Positions 1-9,847 of a stretch of DNA of 64,000 nt are shown piece by piece (position 1 is the first letter of the stretch; every line of letters begins with the position of its first letter). Under the pieces are notes generated by a model. It had not been told where the DNA came from and ran no database searches. It saw only the letters and a list, made by a program, of their open reading frames with translations. Location: positions 124,001 through 188,000 of IMG/VR virus record IMGVR_UViG_3300047548_001122; one strand, 5' to 3'. The position numbers and the translations under genes were made by a program.

Positions 1-672
1 TTATCATTAAGAAATACTTTTACATCTTCTTCTTTTGCTGTTATGGATTCAGGTTGGAAATACCAGTACGACAAATACAATGATGTCTATCGCTGGATTC
101 CATTAAATGGAGATATTGCTGGACTTTGTGCTAGAACAGATATTGAAAGAGATCCTTGGTTCTCACCAGCAGGATTCAACAGAGGTCAAATTAAGAACGT
201 TGTAAAATTATCTTGGAATCCTACAAAAGCGGAAAGAGATTCTTTATATAAAGCTGGAGTTAATCCTATCGTTACATTCCCTGGAGAAGGCACCGTATTA
301 TACGGTGATAAGACCTTGTTGTCAAGACCTTCCGCTTTCGATAGAATCAATGTTCGCCGTCTGTTTATTGTACTTGAAAAATCTATCGCAAGAGCAGCAC
401 GTTCATCATTGTTTGAGTTTAACGACGAATTTACAAGAGCTCAATTTGTAAATCTAGTTGAACCATTCTTGCGTGATGTACAAGGTCGCCGTGGTATCTA
501 CGACTATCGTGTAGTATGTGATACAACAAATAATACACCAGAAGTAATTGATCGTAACGAATTTGTTGGCGACATCTATATTAAACCAGCACGTTCGATC
601 AACTTTATTCAACTTAACTTCGTTGCAGTACGTACAGGCGTATCGTTCAATGAAGTGGTTGGATCATTCTAA
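1..672 (+). CDS. gp18: Tail sheath protein, 3' part (frame open from base 1)
   Basis: WFSPAGFNRG, GDKTLL..SAFDRINVRRLF, FEFND..TR, RNEFVGDIYIKPARSINFIQLNF are gp18 C-terminal motifs; precedes gp19. Confidence 0.97.
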   Translation, partial: LSLRNTFTSSSFAVMDSGWKYQYDKYNDVYRWIPLNGDIAGLCARTDIERDPWFSPAGFNRGQIKNVVKLSWNPTKAERDSLYKAGVNPIVTFPGEGTVLYGDKTLLSRPSAFDRINVRRLFIVLEKSIARAARSSLFEFNDEFTRAQFVNLVEPFLRDVQGRRGIYDYRVVCDTTNNTPEVIDRNEFVGDIYIKPARSINFIQLNFVAVRTGVSFNEVVGSF

Positions 673-678
673 TAAATA
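671..678 (+). promoter_or_regulatory. T4-type late promoter variant (AATAAATA) before gp19
   Basis: One mismatch to TATAAATA, upstream of the AGGAG RBS of gp19. Confidence 0.55.
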
Positions 679-698
679 GAGAGATAGGAGAAATTTAA

Positions 699-1244
699 AT
701 GGCATTTAACATTAACGAATTCCGCTCTCAGATGCAAGGAGATGGGGCAAGACCAAACCTCTTCGAGGTTACTATGCCCTTCCCTTCTTTTTCATCACCA
801 GGAAATGCACAAACAAAGCTTACATTTATGTGTAAAACGGCACAATTACCAGGATCAACTCTTGGTATTGTCCCTGTGCAATATTTTGGTCGTGAATTAA
901 AATTTGCGGGCAATAGAACTTTTGCTGATTGGACAATCACTGTTATTAATGACGAAGATTTTATCATTCGTAATGCATTTGAACGTTGGATGAATGGTAT
1001 TAACAGTCACAGTCTGAACGTTCGTACACCAACTGCACAAACACCATCATCGTATTCTGTAGATGGTGAAGTTAGACAGTTTGCAAAAAATGGTGATGTT
1101 TTGAAGAAGTATAAATTTATTGGTTTATTCCCATCAGATATTACTCCAATTGATGTTGATTGGGGTGCTAATGATACGATTGAAGAATTTTCAGTGACTC
1201 TTACCTATCAGTGGTGGGAATCAGCTGAAGATGCTGTGGTTTGA
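699..1244 (+). CDS. gp19: Tail tube protein
   Basis: GARPNLFEV, LPGSTLG..PVQYFGRELKFAGNRTFADWTITVINDEDF, IEEFSVTLTYQWW; synteny gp18-gp19-gp20. Confidence 0.97.
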   Translation: MAFNINEFRSQMQGDGARPNLFEVTMPFPSFSSPGNAQTKLTFMCKTAQLPGSTLGIVPVQYFGRELKFAGNRTFADWTITVINDEDFIIRNAFERWMNGINSHSLNVRTPTAQTPSSYSVDGEVRQFAKNGDVLKKYKFIGLFPSDITPIDVDWGANDTIEEFSVTLTYQWWESAEDAVV

Positions 1245-1246
1245 TA

Positions 1247-1275
1247 GAGAAAGAGCCTTTGCTCTTTCTCCTTTT
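1247..1275 (+). terminator. Rho-independent terminator-like hairpin after gp19
   Basis: Perfect 10-bp stem GAGAAAGAGC-CTTT-GCTCTTTCTC followed by CTTTT. Confidence 0.7.
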
Positions 1276-1290
1276 ATAGGATTATAAATT

Positions 1291-1935
1291 TTGGCTATAT
1301 ATCTTCTCGTTAAAGAACATGCTTACACAGGTTTAAAATATCTGTGTAAGCATGCTGCATCTTCTTTTTCTGAATGTGAGAAATATAAAGGTTCGGGTAA
1401 ATATTGGAAACGACATTTGAAACAGCATGGAAATCATGTAAATACTACTTGTTTGTTTGTTACTGAAAGTGAAAAAGAATTTCGTGAAGTTGCCAAAAAC
1501 TATTCTTTACAATTTAATGTGACAGAATCTAAAGAATGGGCAAATCTTTGTAATGAAGAAGGACAAGGAGGTAATACCGTTGTTGATAAAAATATTCACG
1601 GTAAAAAAACTAAACAAGGTTTACATAGACCTGAAGTTAGACAAAAACACCTTTGCCATTTAAAAACACATATAAAGAATATTCAACCTTTAGCAGCAAA
1701 AGCTGCAAAACAAAAATTGACTGGTGTTCTTAAAACGGAAGAACATAAAAATAATATGCGTGGAAAAAGACCGCATGTAAATCAAACAGGTTCAAAAAAT
1801 AATTTTGCTAAAAAAATAGAAACTCCATTTGGAATATTTGGTAGTATTCGTGAAGCTTCTCATCAAATTGAAGGACATACATATAAAATGATTTGGAATA
1901 GATTACAAAATGATAAAGAATGGAGATATATCTAA
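1291..1935 (+). CDS. Free-standing GIY-YIG (Seg-like) homing endonuclease, TTG start
   Basis: IYLLVKEH..TGLKYL, KYKGSGKYWKRHLKQHG, EWANL; basic NUMOD-like C-terminus; homologous to 8664..9251. Confidence 0.75.
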   Translation: MAIYLLVKEHAYTGLKYLCKHAASSFSECEKYKGSGKYWKRHLKQHGNHVNTTCLFVTESEKEFREVAKNYSLQFNVTESKEWANLCNEEGQGGNTVVDKNIHGKKTKQGLHRPEVRQKHLCHLKTHIKNIQPLAAKAAKQKLTGVLKTEEHKNNMRGKRPHVNQTGSKNNFAKKIETPFGIFGSIREASHQIEGHTYKMIWNRLQNDKEWRYI

Positions 1936-3596
1936 TGGCAATCCGTTTGTTTGGTTTCACTTTAGGTAAAAAGGACATTGTTCAGGTTGAAAAACCTGAG
2001 CAAGCTTCCTTTACACTCCCAACTCAGGCTTTAGATGATGGTGCCGTTACTATTACTAGTAATGCTTACTATGGCACATATGTTGATCTAGAAGGTTCAA
2101 TACGAAACGAATTAGAACTTATAACTCGTTATCGTGAAATGTCTAATCATCCAGAATTAGAAAAAGCAATTGATGAAATTGTCAACGAAGCAATTACATA
2201 TTCATCTGATAAAAAAGTTGTTGATATTAATGTAGATAAATTAAAAACAACAGATTCAATCAAGAAAAAAATAATAGAAGAATTTGATAAGGTATTAAAC
2301 CTTCTAAACTTTTCTAATTTAGCTTCTGATCTATTCAAAAGATGGTACATCGATGGTAGGATGTACTATCACATTATAGTCAATGAAAAGAATCCTAAAG
2401 AAGGTATTCAAGAATTACGTTATATCGACCCAAGAAAAATTAGAAAAGTTCGTGAAGTAAAAACTGGTAGAGATCCAAAAACTGGAGCAACAATAATTTT
2501 ATCTACTGCCGAATATTATGTTTATAATGATAAAGGTACTACCACTCAAAACTACACTGCATCAACAAGTCCCGGTTTAAGAATATCTACAGATTCAATT
2601 ATCAACATCAATTCTGGTATAATGGATGCAAAAAATACTTTTGTAATTTCATTTTTACACAAAGTAATTAAACCATTAAATCAACTTCGAATGATTGAAG
2701 ATGCTGTAGTTATTTACCGCATTTCTAGAGCACCAGAACGTAGAATTTTTTACATCGACGTTGGCAATTTACCAAAAGGTAAAGCTGAACAATATCTACG
2801 TGATGTTATGGTTAAGTATCGTAATAAAATGGTTTATGATGCTTCGACAGGTGAATTGCGTGATGATCGTAAACACATGTCGATGTTAGAAGATTTCTGG
2901 TTACCTCGCCGTGAAGGTGGTAAAGGAACAGAAATTACTACATTGCCAGCAGGTCAAAATTTAGGTGAGTTGGAAGATGTTAAGTATTTCCAAAAGAAAC
3001 TTCTCAATTCTTTAAATGTACCTCTTTCAAGATTAGATGAACAATCTGGCGGCGGCTTTGCTGGTTTAGGAAGAAGTCAAGAAATTACCCGTGACGAATT
3101 AAAATTTGCAAAATTTATACACAGACTTCGCAATAAATTTTCACAAATATTCACTGATGCCTTAGGATTACAATTAGTATTAAAAGGCATTTGTACATCC
3201 GAGGAATGGAAAGAATTTAAAGAGTTAATTATCTACGACTTTAAGAAAGATAATAACTTTACTGAGTTAAGAGAAGCTGAACTCTTACAAAACAGATTAC
3301 AAATGGTTGGCATGATCGATCCTTATATTGGCAAATATTTTTCACATGAATTTGTGAAAAAGAAAATTCTGCAAATGACGGATGAAGAAATTGATGAGAT
3401 GCAAAAACAAATGGATCAAGAAGATGAACAAGGTTTAGGTGGACCAACAATGGGTCAAGAACAACAAGAACCACCGGTTTCGCCCGATGAATATCCTCCT
3501 GTAGATAATACTGTGGATGATAGAAACTCCGAATCACCAACTCCTGAGTTGGATGCTGAAACGGATAGGTATTCATCAATACTAAATAGACGATAA
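1935..3596 (+). CDS. gp20: Portal vertex protein
   Basis: MAIRLFGF start (TAATG overlap), WYIDGR, NQLRMIEDAVVIYRISRAPERRIFYIDVGNLPKGKAEQY, MLEDFWLPRREGGKGTEITTLP. Confidence 0.98.
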   Translation: MAIRLFGFTLGKKDIVQVEKPEQASFTLPTQALDDGAVTITSNAYYGTYVDLEGSIRNELELITRYREMSNHPELEKAIDEIVNEAITYSSDKKVVDINVDKLKTTDSIKKKIIEEFDKVLNLLNFSNLASDLFKRWYIDGRMYYHIIVNEKNPKEGIQELRYIDPRKIRKVREVKTGRDPKTGATIILSTAEYYVYNDKGTTTQNYTASTSPGLRISTDSIININSGIMDAKNTFVISFLHKVIKPLNQLRMIEDAVVIYRISRAPERRIFYIDVGNLPKGKAEQYLRDVMVKYRNKMVYDASTGELRDDRKHMSMLEDFWLPRREGGKGTEITTLPAGQNLGELEDVKYFQKKLLNSLNVPLSRLDEQSGGGFAGLGRSQEITRDELKFAKFIHRLRNKFSQIFTDALGLQLVLKGICTSEEWKEFKELIIYDFKKDNNFTELREAELLQNRLQMVGMIDPYIGKYFSHEFVKKKILQMTDEEIDEMQKQMDQEDEQGLGGPTMGQEQQEPPVSPDEYPPVDNTVDDRNSESPTPELDAETDRYSSILNRR

Positions 3597-3607
3597 TGGA
3601 GAAAATT

Positions 3608-3805
3608 ATGAATATTTCACAATTTATAGATGACGTTGTAGCTGGCAATGCTTCTGCAGCAAAGGAAACCTTAAATGATATCCTTTCAGCAAAAGCTTTT
3701 GAGAATATTGACAATCAGAAAAAAGAACTTGCAAAGTCTCTTTTTGGTGGTAATCAAGAAGTAGAAGTTCAAGATACCGAAGATCAACTAGAAACAGAAG
3801 AATGA
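3608..3805 (+). CDS. gp67: Small acidic prohead core protein (gp67-like)
   Basis: Position after gp20, size, acidic tail; GGAG RBS before ATG 3608. Confidence 0.7.
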   Translation: MNISQFIDDVVAGNASAAKETLNDILSAKAFENIDNQKKELAKSLFGGNQEVEVQDTEDQLETEE

Positions 3806-4617
3806 AATCTTTAAACGAGTTTAAAAACTTAGTAGAAGAAGAAAAATCAGACTATTCAAAGTTTGATATTTTAGTTCGAGCTGGATTAGCAAATAAAGCT
3901 CAACTACAAAGAATACATCGCATTTTAGATAAGATGCAGGATGATCGTCCTCAGTTTAATAATGCCGATAAAATGATTCTTCAAAATTTGTTTAATAAAA
4001 TGGTAGATTTAATTACCACCAATAAACAAATATTTCAAAGAACAAGGCAAGCTGTTCGTGAAGAAACTGAAGAAATTAATGAAAGTGTAATAGATACTTC
4101 TGATTATAAAATAGGTCCTTCTGGTAGAAAAATAAGAGCTCATCGTATTAAAGTTGGTGATACGGAAGAAAAAGAAGAAGTAAAAGAAGAAACTATTATT
4201 GAAGCAGATTCTAAATCTTCAACAGAGGATCCTCCTGTTGTGTTGATGTTGAAAAGAAAAGCAATTCGAATTTATCCAGATAAAACAAAAGTTGCACTTT
4301 ACTACAGTTCTAAATTAGATAAACACTTTACTGTACCTTATGGTGCAGGTGTTGAATCTGCAATACAGTCTGAAGAAGTTCAATTAGAAGAAGCTGTTAT
4401 GGATTCATTACATAAAATTGTTGCGGGTAAACAAGCACAGTCGGTTAAATTTGCCAATGGTCAAACAAGAAAAGTTGACCACTATACAGCGTCAGCTATT
4501 ACGCAAGTACACAAAGCTGTGAATGATGAAAATAAAAAGAAGTTAGCAGATATGGTACATAAATCACCTGCACACTTTGAAAAAGTTGCAGCATTTGCCT
4601 TCAGTAAAACAAAATGA
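3802..4617 (+). CDS. Putative prohead core/internal head protein
   Basis: In head operon; MKSLNEFKNLVEE N-terminus and internal EEVQLEE / EEINE / TIIE sites resembling gp21 cleavage sites. Confidence 0.6.
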   Translation: MKSLNEFKNLVEEEKSDYSKFDILVRAGLANKAQLQRIHRILDKMQDDRPQFNNADKMILQNLFNKMVDLITTNKQIFQRTRQAVREETEEINESVIDTSDYKIGPSGRKIRAHRIKVGDTEEKEEVKEETIIEADSKSSTEDPPVVLMLKRKAIRIYPDKTKVALYYSSKLDKHFTVPYGAGVESAIQSEEVQLEEAVMDSLHKIVAGKQAQSVKFANGQTRKVDHYTASAITQVHKAVNDENKKKLADMVHKSPAHFEKVAAFAFSKTK

Positions 4618-5060
4618 AATTAATAAATTTAATTTTAGAAGGCAAAGTTATTGAAGCAAGAGAGTGTTTCGAAAACTTAATGCTTCAAAAAATAGAAGAA
4701 AAATTAAAAGAAGAAAAAGAAACAATTAAAGAATTGTTTTTTGAAGATGAAGATTTAGTCGAAGCTGTAAAAAGAAGAAACCCAAACATTATACGTATGG
4801 GTAGAGTACAAAAGATTCGCCGCAGAATACGCAGAAATGCTAAAGGTAAAATTGTTGTACAAAAAAATGTAAAACGTTCTGGTATCAAAGGTTACAGAAT
4901 GTCTGGCACTACTGTAAAAAGAATACCAGCTGTAGAAAGAATTAGAAAAGCACGTTTATTAAAACGTTCTTGGAAAACAACTAGAAGAGCTAAATTACGC
5001 CGTACGTTATTGAAAAGAAAAATGTCAATGCGTAGGCGTGCATCGATAGGATTAAGATAA
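4614..5060 (+). CDS. gp68: Prohead core protein (gp68-like)
   Basis: Very basic C-terminus ending KRKMSMRRRASIGL as in gp68 family; upstream of gp21. Confidence 0.75.
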   Translation: MKLINLILEGKVIEARECFENLMLQKIEEKLKEEKETIKELFFEDEDLVEAVKRRNPNIIRMGRVQKIRRRIRRNAKGKIVVQKNVKRSGIKGYRMSGTTVKRIPAVERIRKARLLKRSWKTTRRAKLRRTLLKRKMSMRRRASIGLR

Positions 5061-5061
5061 A

Positions 5062-5433
5062 ATGCCATACGAAATCGTAAACAACAAAAGAAGTAAATCA
5101 GTAATTCGTGTAGTAGGTAATACAGCTACTACAATTACTCTTGCAAGTTTGTCATCAGGAGCGGATGAAACTGTTACTAATGCTTCTATAACACATGTAA
5201 TGTCACAATCGGACGGCGCGTGGAAAGTTTATAGAGGAGATAATACTAGTGGTGAACTGGTATTGGATTTAACAGGTGCTGGTAATTGCGATTGGCCTTT
5301 GGCTCAATATGATATTGCCATTGCAAATAGTTCATCATCAAATATTCACGTAACAAATTCTGGTGCTGGCGGCACAATTATTTTAGTTGTAAATAAAATT
5401 GCCACTTATTCACCAGCTTTAACAGGAATGTAA
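5062..5433 (+). CDS. Hypothetical virion-associated protein
   Basis: 123-aa ORF tightly packed between gp68 and gp21. Confidence 0.6.
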   Translation: MPYEIVNNKRSKSVIRVVGNTATTITLASLSSGADETVTNASITHVMSQSDGAWKVYRGDNTSGELVLDLTGAGNCDWPLAQYDIAIANSSSSNIHVTNSGAGGTIILVVNKIATYSPALTGM

Positions 5434-5434
5434 A

Positions 5435-6085
5435 ATGAAATTAATTAGAGAAGCCGTAGAAAATGTAAAGTACATCAGTGAAGCCACAGAAAATGGCAAG
5501 AAAAAACTTTACATTGAAGGTACATTTTTAGTTGGTAATGCTGTTAATAAAAATAACAGAATGTATATGATGGATACTCTCCGTAATGAAGTCGAAAGAT
5601 ATAATCAAGACTTTATATCTCAAAATAGAGCTCTAGGAGAATTAGGCCATCCAGATACACCAACAATAAACTTAGAGAGAGTTAGTCATAAGATCGTTTC
5701 TCTTGTAGAAGATGGCAATACTTTTTATGGTAAAGCTTTGATCTTAGATACTCCTTACGGACAAATAGTAAAAAACTTTATTGAAAACGATGTTACTTGT
5801 GGTGTTTCTTCGAGAGCTTTAGGTTCATTAGTTCAAACCAAAGAAGGTTACAATTTGGTTCAAGATGATCTTAGACTTGCAACGGCAGCTGATATTGTTG
5901 CAGACCCTTCTGCGCCAGGTGCTTTCGTCAACGGTATTATGGAAAATAAAGAGTGGATGTTTGTTGATGGAAAGTTCATGGAAAAACAATTTGATGAAGC
6001 CAAAAAACAGATAAAACAAGCCTCAAGAAAAGATATCGAAAAAGTTGCATTAAAACTATTTGAAAATTATATTAGAAAACTTTAA
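5435..6085 (+). CDS. gp21: Prohead protease
   Basis: NKNNRMY, ALGELGHP, GVSSRALGSL, ADIVADPSAPGAFVNGIME. Confidence 0.97.
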   Translation: MKLIREAVENVKYISEATENGKKKLYIEGTFLVGNAVNKNNRMYMMDTLRNEVERYNQDFISQNRALGELGHPDTPTINLERVSHKIVSLVEDGNTFYGKALILDTPYGQIVKNFIENDVTCGVSSRALGSLVQTKEGYNLVQDDLRLATAADIVADPSAPGAFVNGIMENKEWMFVDGKFMEKQFDEAKKQIKQASRKDIEKVALKLFENYIRKL

Positions 6086-6088
6086 ATT

Positions 6089-6096
6089 TATAAATA
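6089..6096 (+). promoter_or_regulatory. T4-type late promoter TATAAATA (gp22-gp23)
   Basis: Exact consensus between gp21 stop and gp22 RBS. Confidence 0.85.
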
Positions 6097-6118
6097 AAGA
6101 ATCATAAGGAGAATCCAA

Positions 6119-7195
6119 ATGGCATCAAACAAACTTATGGAAGCGGCTGCTGAAATTCTTGCGAATAGCAAGAAATCTGCATCAGCTATGCCTCCACAAA
6201 AATTAGATGGTGAAGTGCAAGACCTTGGCGGTCCTACTCCACAGAACGCTAAACCAGATGATAATTCACATAAAATTCATGCTGGTGAAAAAGCGCCTGA
6301 CAATTCTGCAAAGAATAAGAGTACGATTTCTACTAAGCCTTCTGACGCTTCCCCAGATACTCAAAACAAAGCTGGTAAAGCTATGAAAGAGGAAGAAGAA
6401 GTTTCTCAAGATGAAGTTATTGTTGAAGATTCTGAAGAAGAAGTAGTAAGCCTCAAAGAAAAAGTAAAAGAAGATATCAACGCATTATTTGCTGACGATG
6501 AAACTATTTCCGAGGACTTCAAATCTAAAGCAACCACAATTTTTGAAGCTCGTGTCTTAGATCGCGTTTCACAAATTGAAGAAGAAATGGAAGTTAAGTA
6601 TGCAGGTATGTTAGAAGAAGCTGTTGATTCTATCAAAGCAGACTTAACAGAAAAGGTAGATGATTACCTTAACTACGTAGTTGAACAGTGGATGGAAGAA
6701 AATCAAATTGCTATCCAATCTGGCCTACGTTCAGAAATTACTGAAGAATTCATTGTTGGTTTACGTAACCTATTTGCTGAACATTATATTGATGTTCCAG
6801 AAGATAAGGTTGATTTGGTTGACGAACTTGCTGGTAAAGTTGAAGAACTTGAAGATCAGTTAGACGAAGAAATCAAAACTAACATTGAATACAGAAAAGC
6901 AATTCTTGAATCTGTAAAAAGAGAAACAGTTTATGAAGTTTGTAAGGGACTTACCGAAACTCAAGTTGAAAAAATGAAATCACTCGCAGAGAGTGTAGAT
7001 TTTTCCACAGAGGAAGAATTAGTAGAAAAACTTGAGACAATTCGTGAAAACTATTTCCCATCAAATTTCAAAAAAGCTGATGAGACTCAATTACACGAGC
7101 AAGTAACTGACGATGCAGATGAAAAGAAACAAAAGGCATCTTTTGATCCAATCATCAATGCTGTCGTTCAATCGATTTCTAAAACAAAAATTTAA
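6119..7195 (+). CDS. gp22: Prohead core scaffolding protein
   Basis: Acidic coiled coil, FKSKATTIFEA, KVDDYLNYVVEQWMEEN, KLETIRENYF; between gp21 and gp23. Confidence 0.93.
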   Translation: MASNKLMEAAAEILANSKKSASAMPPQKLDGEVQDLGGPTPQNAKPDDNSHKIHAGEKAPDNSAKNKSTISTKPSDASPDTQNKAGKAMKEEEEVSQDEVIVEDSEEEVVSLKEKVKEDINALFADDETISEDFKSKATTIFEARVLDRVSQIEEEMEVKYAGMLEEAVDSIKADLTEKVDDYLNYVVEQWMEENQIAIQSGLRSEITEEFIVGLRNLFAEHYIDVPEDKVDLVDELAGKVEELEDQLDEEIKTNIEYRKAILESVKRETVYEVCKGLTETQVEKMKSLAESVDFSTEEELVEKLETIRENYFPSNFKKADETQLHEQVTDDADEKKQKASFDPIINAVVQSISKTKI

Positions 7196-7213
7196 TAAAA
7201 CAAGGAGTTAAAA

Positions 7214-8554
7214 ATGTATTTAACGGAAGACCTACAAAAGAAATGGGAAGCAGTGTTGGATCACCCAGCTCTACCTGCTATTAAAGACCCATATCGTAAA
7301 GCAGTTACCGCTCTTGTTCTTGAGAACCAAGCACAAGAAATGGTAAAAGCTGGCGGCAACGTACAGCAGCTTACAGAAGCAACACCAACTAACGCAGCTG
7401 GTACAGGTGGTTTCGGTGGCGCCGCTACTGCAACTGGTCCTGTTGCTGGTTTCGACCCAATCCTAATCAGTTTGGTTCGTCGTTCATTACCTAACCTTAT
7501 TGCTTATGATATCTGCGGCGTTCAGCCAATGACTGGTCCTACTGGACTTATCTTCGCAATGAGAACTATGTATGGTACTAACCGTGTTCCAGGTTCTGGC
7601 ACTGAAGCTTTCTACAACGAAGCAAACAGCGCATGGACTGGTACAGGTTCACACGATGCTATTTCTCTTGCTGCTAATACAGCATTAGGTAATGGTAACG
7701 TATTTACAAGCGGTATGGCAACTGGTTCTGCTCTTGCAACAGCTTCTGCTGAAGATTTAACTTTTAACGAAATGGGTTTCTCAATCGAGAAAGTATCTGT
7801 TACTGCTAAGACCCGTGCTCTAAAAGCAGAATACACAATGGAATTAGCACAAGACTTGAAAGCAGTTCATGGTCTTGACGCTGAAACCGAATTAGCAAAT
7901 ATTCTTTCAACAGAAATTCTTGCTGAAATCAACCGTGAAGTTGTTCGTACAGTTTACGCAACTGCTAAGGTTGGCGCTCAAGTTGGTACAACTACTGCTG
8001 GTACTTTTGACCTTGACACCGATTCTAACGGTCGTTGGATGGTTGAAAAGATCAAAGGTCTTGCTTTCCAAGTTGAACGTGAAGCTAACACCATTGCTAA
8101 GACAACTCGTCGTGGCAAAGGTAACATCATGATCTGCTCATCAGATGTTGCTTCAGCTCTTGCAATGGCTGGTATTCTTGACTACAACTCAGCTCTACAA
8201 GGTCAAGTTAATCTAACCGTTGACGATACTGGTAATACTTACGCAGGTACTATCTTCGGTCGTATCAAAGTTTACATCGATCCATATTTCCCAACCGGCG
8301 CAACTTCTGAGTTTGCAGTTGTTGGTTATAAGGGTGCTAACGCTTATGACGCAGGTCTATTCTACTGCCCATACGTTCCTCTACAAATGGTTCGTGCTGT
8401 TGACACTGGTAACTTCCAGCCAAAGATTGGCTTCAAGACTCGTTACGGTCTAGTTGCTAACCCATTCGCTGAAGGTGCTACACAAGGTTCTGGTGCTCTA
8501 ACTGCTAAGACTAACTTGTACTATCGTGCATTTAAGATAGCGAATCTAATGTGA
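7214..8554 (+). CDS. gp23: Major capsid protein
   Basis: GVQPMTGPTGLIFAMR, VTAKTRALKAEYTMELAQDLKAVHGLDAETELANILSTEI, DAGLFYCPYVPL, FQPKIGFKTRYG. Confidence 0.99.
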   Translation: MYLTEDLQKKWEAVLDHPALPAIKDPYRKAVTALVLENQAQEMVKAGGNVQQLTEATPTNAAGTGGFGGAATATGPVAGFDPILISLVRRSLPNLIAYDICGVQPMTGPTGLIFAMRTMYGTNRVPGSGTEAFYNEANSAWTGTGSHDAISLAANTALGNGNVFTSGMATGSALATASAEDLTFNEMGFSIEKVSVTAKTRALKAEYTMELAQDLKAVHGLDAETELANILSTEILAEINREVVRTVYATAKVGAQVGTTTAGTFDLDTDSNGRWMVEKIKGLAFQVEREANTIAKTTRRGKGNIMICSSDVASALAMAGILDYNSALQGQVNLTVDDTGNTYAGTIFGRIKVYIDPYFPTGATSEFAVVGYKGANAYDAGLFYCPYVPLQMVRAVDTGNFQPKIGFKTRYGLVANPFAEGATQGSGALTAKTNLYYRAFKIANLM

Positions 8555-8597
8555 TAAAAATTAACTAACTAATTATAATAAAAAAAGTTAGTGTTTT

Positions 8598-8626
8598 AAA
8601 CGGGAACTTCGGTTCCCGTTTTTTTT
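8598..8626 (+). terminator. Rho-independent terminator with C(UUCG)G tetraloop after gp23
   Basis: CGGGAAC-TTCG-GTTCCCG followed by T8. Confidence 0.92.
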
Positions 8627-8629
8627 CTT

Positions 8630-8637
8630 TATAAATA
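8630..8637 (+). promoter_or_regulatory. Late promoter TATAAATA for endonuclease/gp3
   Basis: Exact consensus immediately after the terminator. Confidence 0.8.
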
Positions 8638-8663
8638 CATATAATTAGCAATAACGATAACAA

Positions 8664-9251
8664 ATGATAACTCTATACATAAAAACTCACAAAAAGACAG
8701 GTCTTAAATATTTTGGAAAAACTACAAAAAAAGACCCACACAAATATACTGGATCAGGTAAATACTGGTTAAGACATTTAAAAACTCATGGTAATGATGT
8801 TTATACCGAAATAGTAGGAACATTTGAAAGTTTAAAAGAATGTACAGAATTTGCAATAAATTTTTCTAGACTACACAATATAGTCGAATCTACTGAATGG
8901 GCAAATCTTAGAATGGAAAATGGAACTGACGGTGCTCCTGTAGGAAATTGTTTTTCTACTGAAACAATTAAAAAAATGAGTGAATCTAAAAAAGGAAAAA
9001 GACCTAGAGAATATTATGTAGAGATTGCTAAGAAAAATGTTGGAAGAAAACAAACAGATTATCAAAAACAAAGAGCAAGAGAAACTATGGAGTCAGCGTG
9101 GGTTGTCACTTCACCAAATGGTGTATCGATGAACATTGTTAATTTAACTAAATTTTGTCGTGAAAATAATTTAGATCAAGGAAATATGGTCAAAGTATCT
9201 AAAGGAATAATAAAAAAACACAAAGGATGGACTTGTTATAAAGTCTCCTAA
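8664..9251 (+). CDS. Free-standing GIY-YIG (Seg-like) homing endonuclease
   Basis: TLYIKTHKKTGLKYFGKT, KYTGSGKYWLRHLKTHG, EWANL, NUMOD3-like ETIKKMSESKKGK, C-terminal NLTKFCRENNL..KHKGW module. Confidence 0.82.
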   Translation: MITLYIKTHKKTGLKYFGKTTKKDPHKYTGSGKYWLRHLKTHGNDVYTEIVGTFESLKECTEFAINFSRLHNIVESTEWANLRMENGTDGAPVGNCFSTETIKKMSESKKGKRPREYYVEIAKKNVGRKQTDYQKQRARETMESAWVVTSPNGVSMNIVNLTKFCRENNLDQGNMVKVSKGIIKKHKGWTCYKVS

Positions 9252-9277
9252 ATAGTACATAACAGAGAGAATCTTTT

Positions 9278-9805
9278 ATGACAGCCATTACTAGAAATCC
9301 TACAAATCCAAATTTTTTACAACCTAATAAGTTTATTTTAACTTTCAGTAGGTTGCCTAATATTCAATATTTTTGTCAGTCAGTTACTTTACCTGGACTG
9401 TCAATGTCTGAGATACCTCAGTTTACACCTTTTGTTGACGTATATTTACCTGGAGAAAAAGTTATATACGACTTACTAAACGTAACTTTTTTGGTAGATG
9501 AAGAAATCACAGCATGGAAAGAAGTACATGATTGGATTAGGGCAATGACTTTTCCTGAAAATTTTGATGAATATAAAAACTTACGTAATTTGAATCCAAA
9601 TAGAGCTCAGTTAAAACCACAATATTCGGATGCCAAGATTGTTGTTTTATCTTCCTCAAATAACCCAACACATGAGTTTGTTTTTTATGATGTTTTCCCA
9701 ACAAGTATAAGTACCATAATTCTTTCTACACAAGAAGATCCCAACTCTATACCTACGGCAGATGCAACCTTTAGATATTCATATTATGATATAAAAACTG
9801 TTTGA
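9278..9805 (+). CDS. gp3: Tail completion / tube terminator protein
   Basis: NFLQPNKF..YFCQSVTLPG, LNVTFLVDEE...WKEVHDWI, DATFRYSYY; gp23-gp3-uvsY synteny. Confidence 0.85.
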   Translation: MTAITRNPTNPNFLQPNKFILTFSRLPNIQYFCQSVTLPGLSMSEIPQFTPFVDVYLPGEKVIYDLLNVTFLVDEEITAWKEVHDWIRAMTFPENFDEYKNLRNLNPNRAQLKPQYSDAKIVVLSSSNNPTHEFVFYDVFPTSISTIILSTQEDPNSIPTADATFRYSYYDIKTV

Positions 9806-9830
9806 CATTATTTTTTAATTATTGTATAAT
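9802..9830 (+). promoter_or_regulatory. Sigma70-type promoter for uvsY-uvsW
   Basis: TTGACA (9802)-17 bp-TATAAT (9825). Confidence 0.88.
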
Positions 9831-9847
9831 GTGACTAGGAGGATATA

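Noticed and set aside
8564-8592. ACTAACT/AGTTAGT inverted repeat after gp23
   Set aside because: Short, AT-rich with a long loop; could be chance
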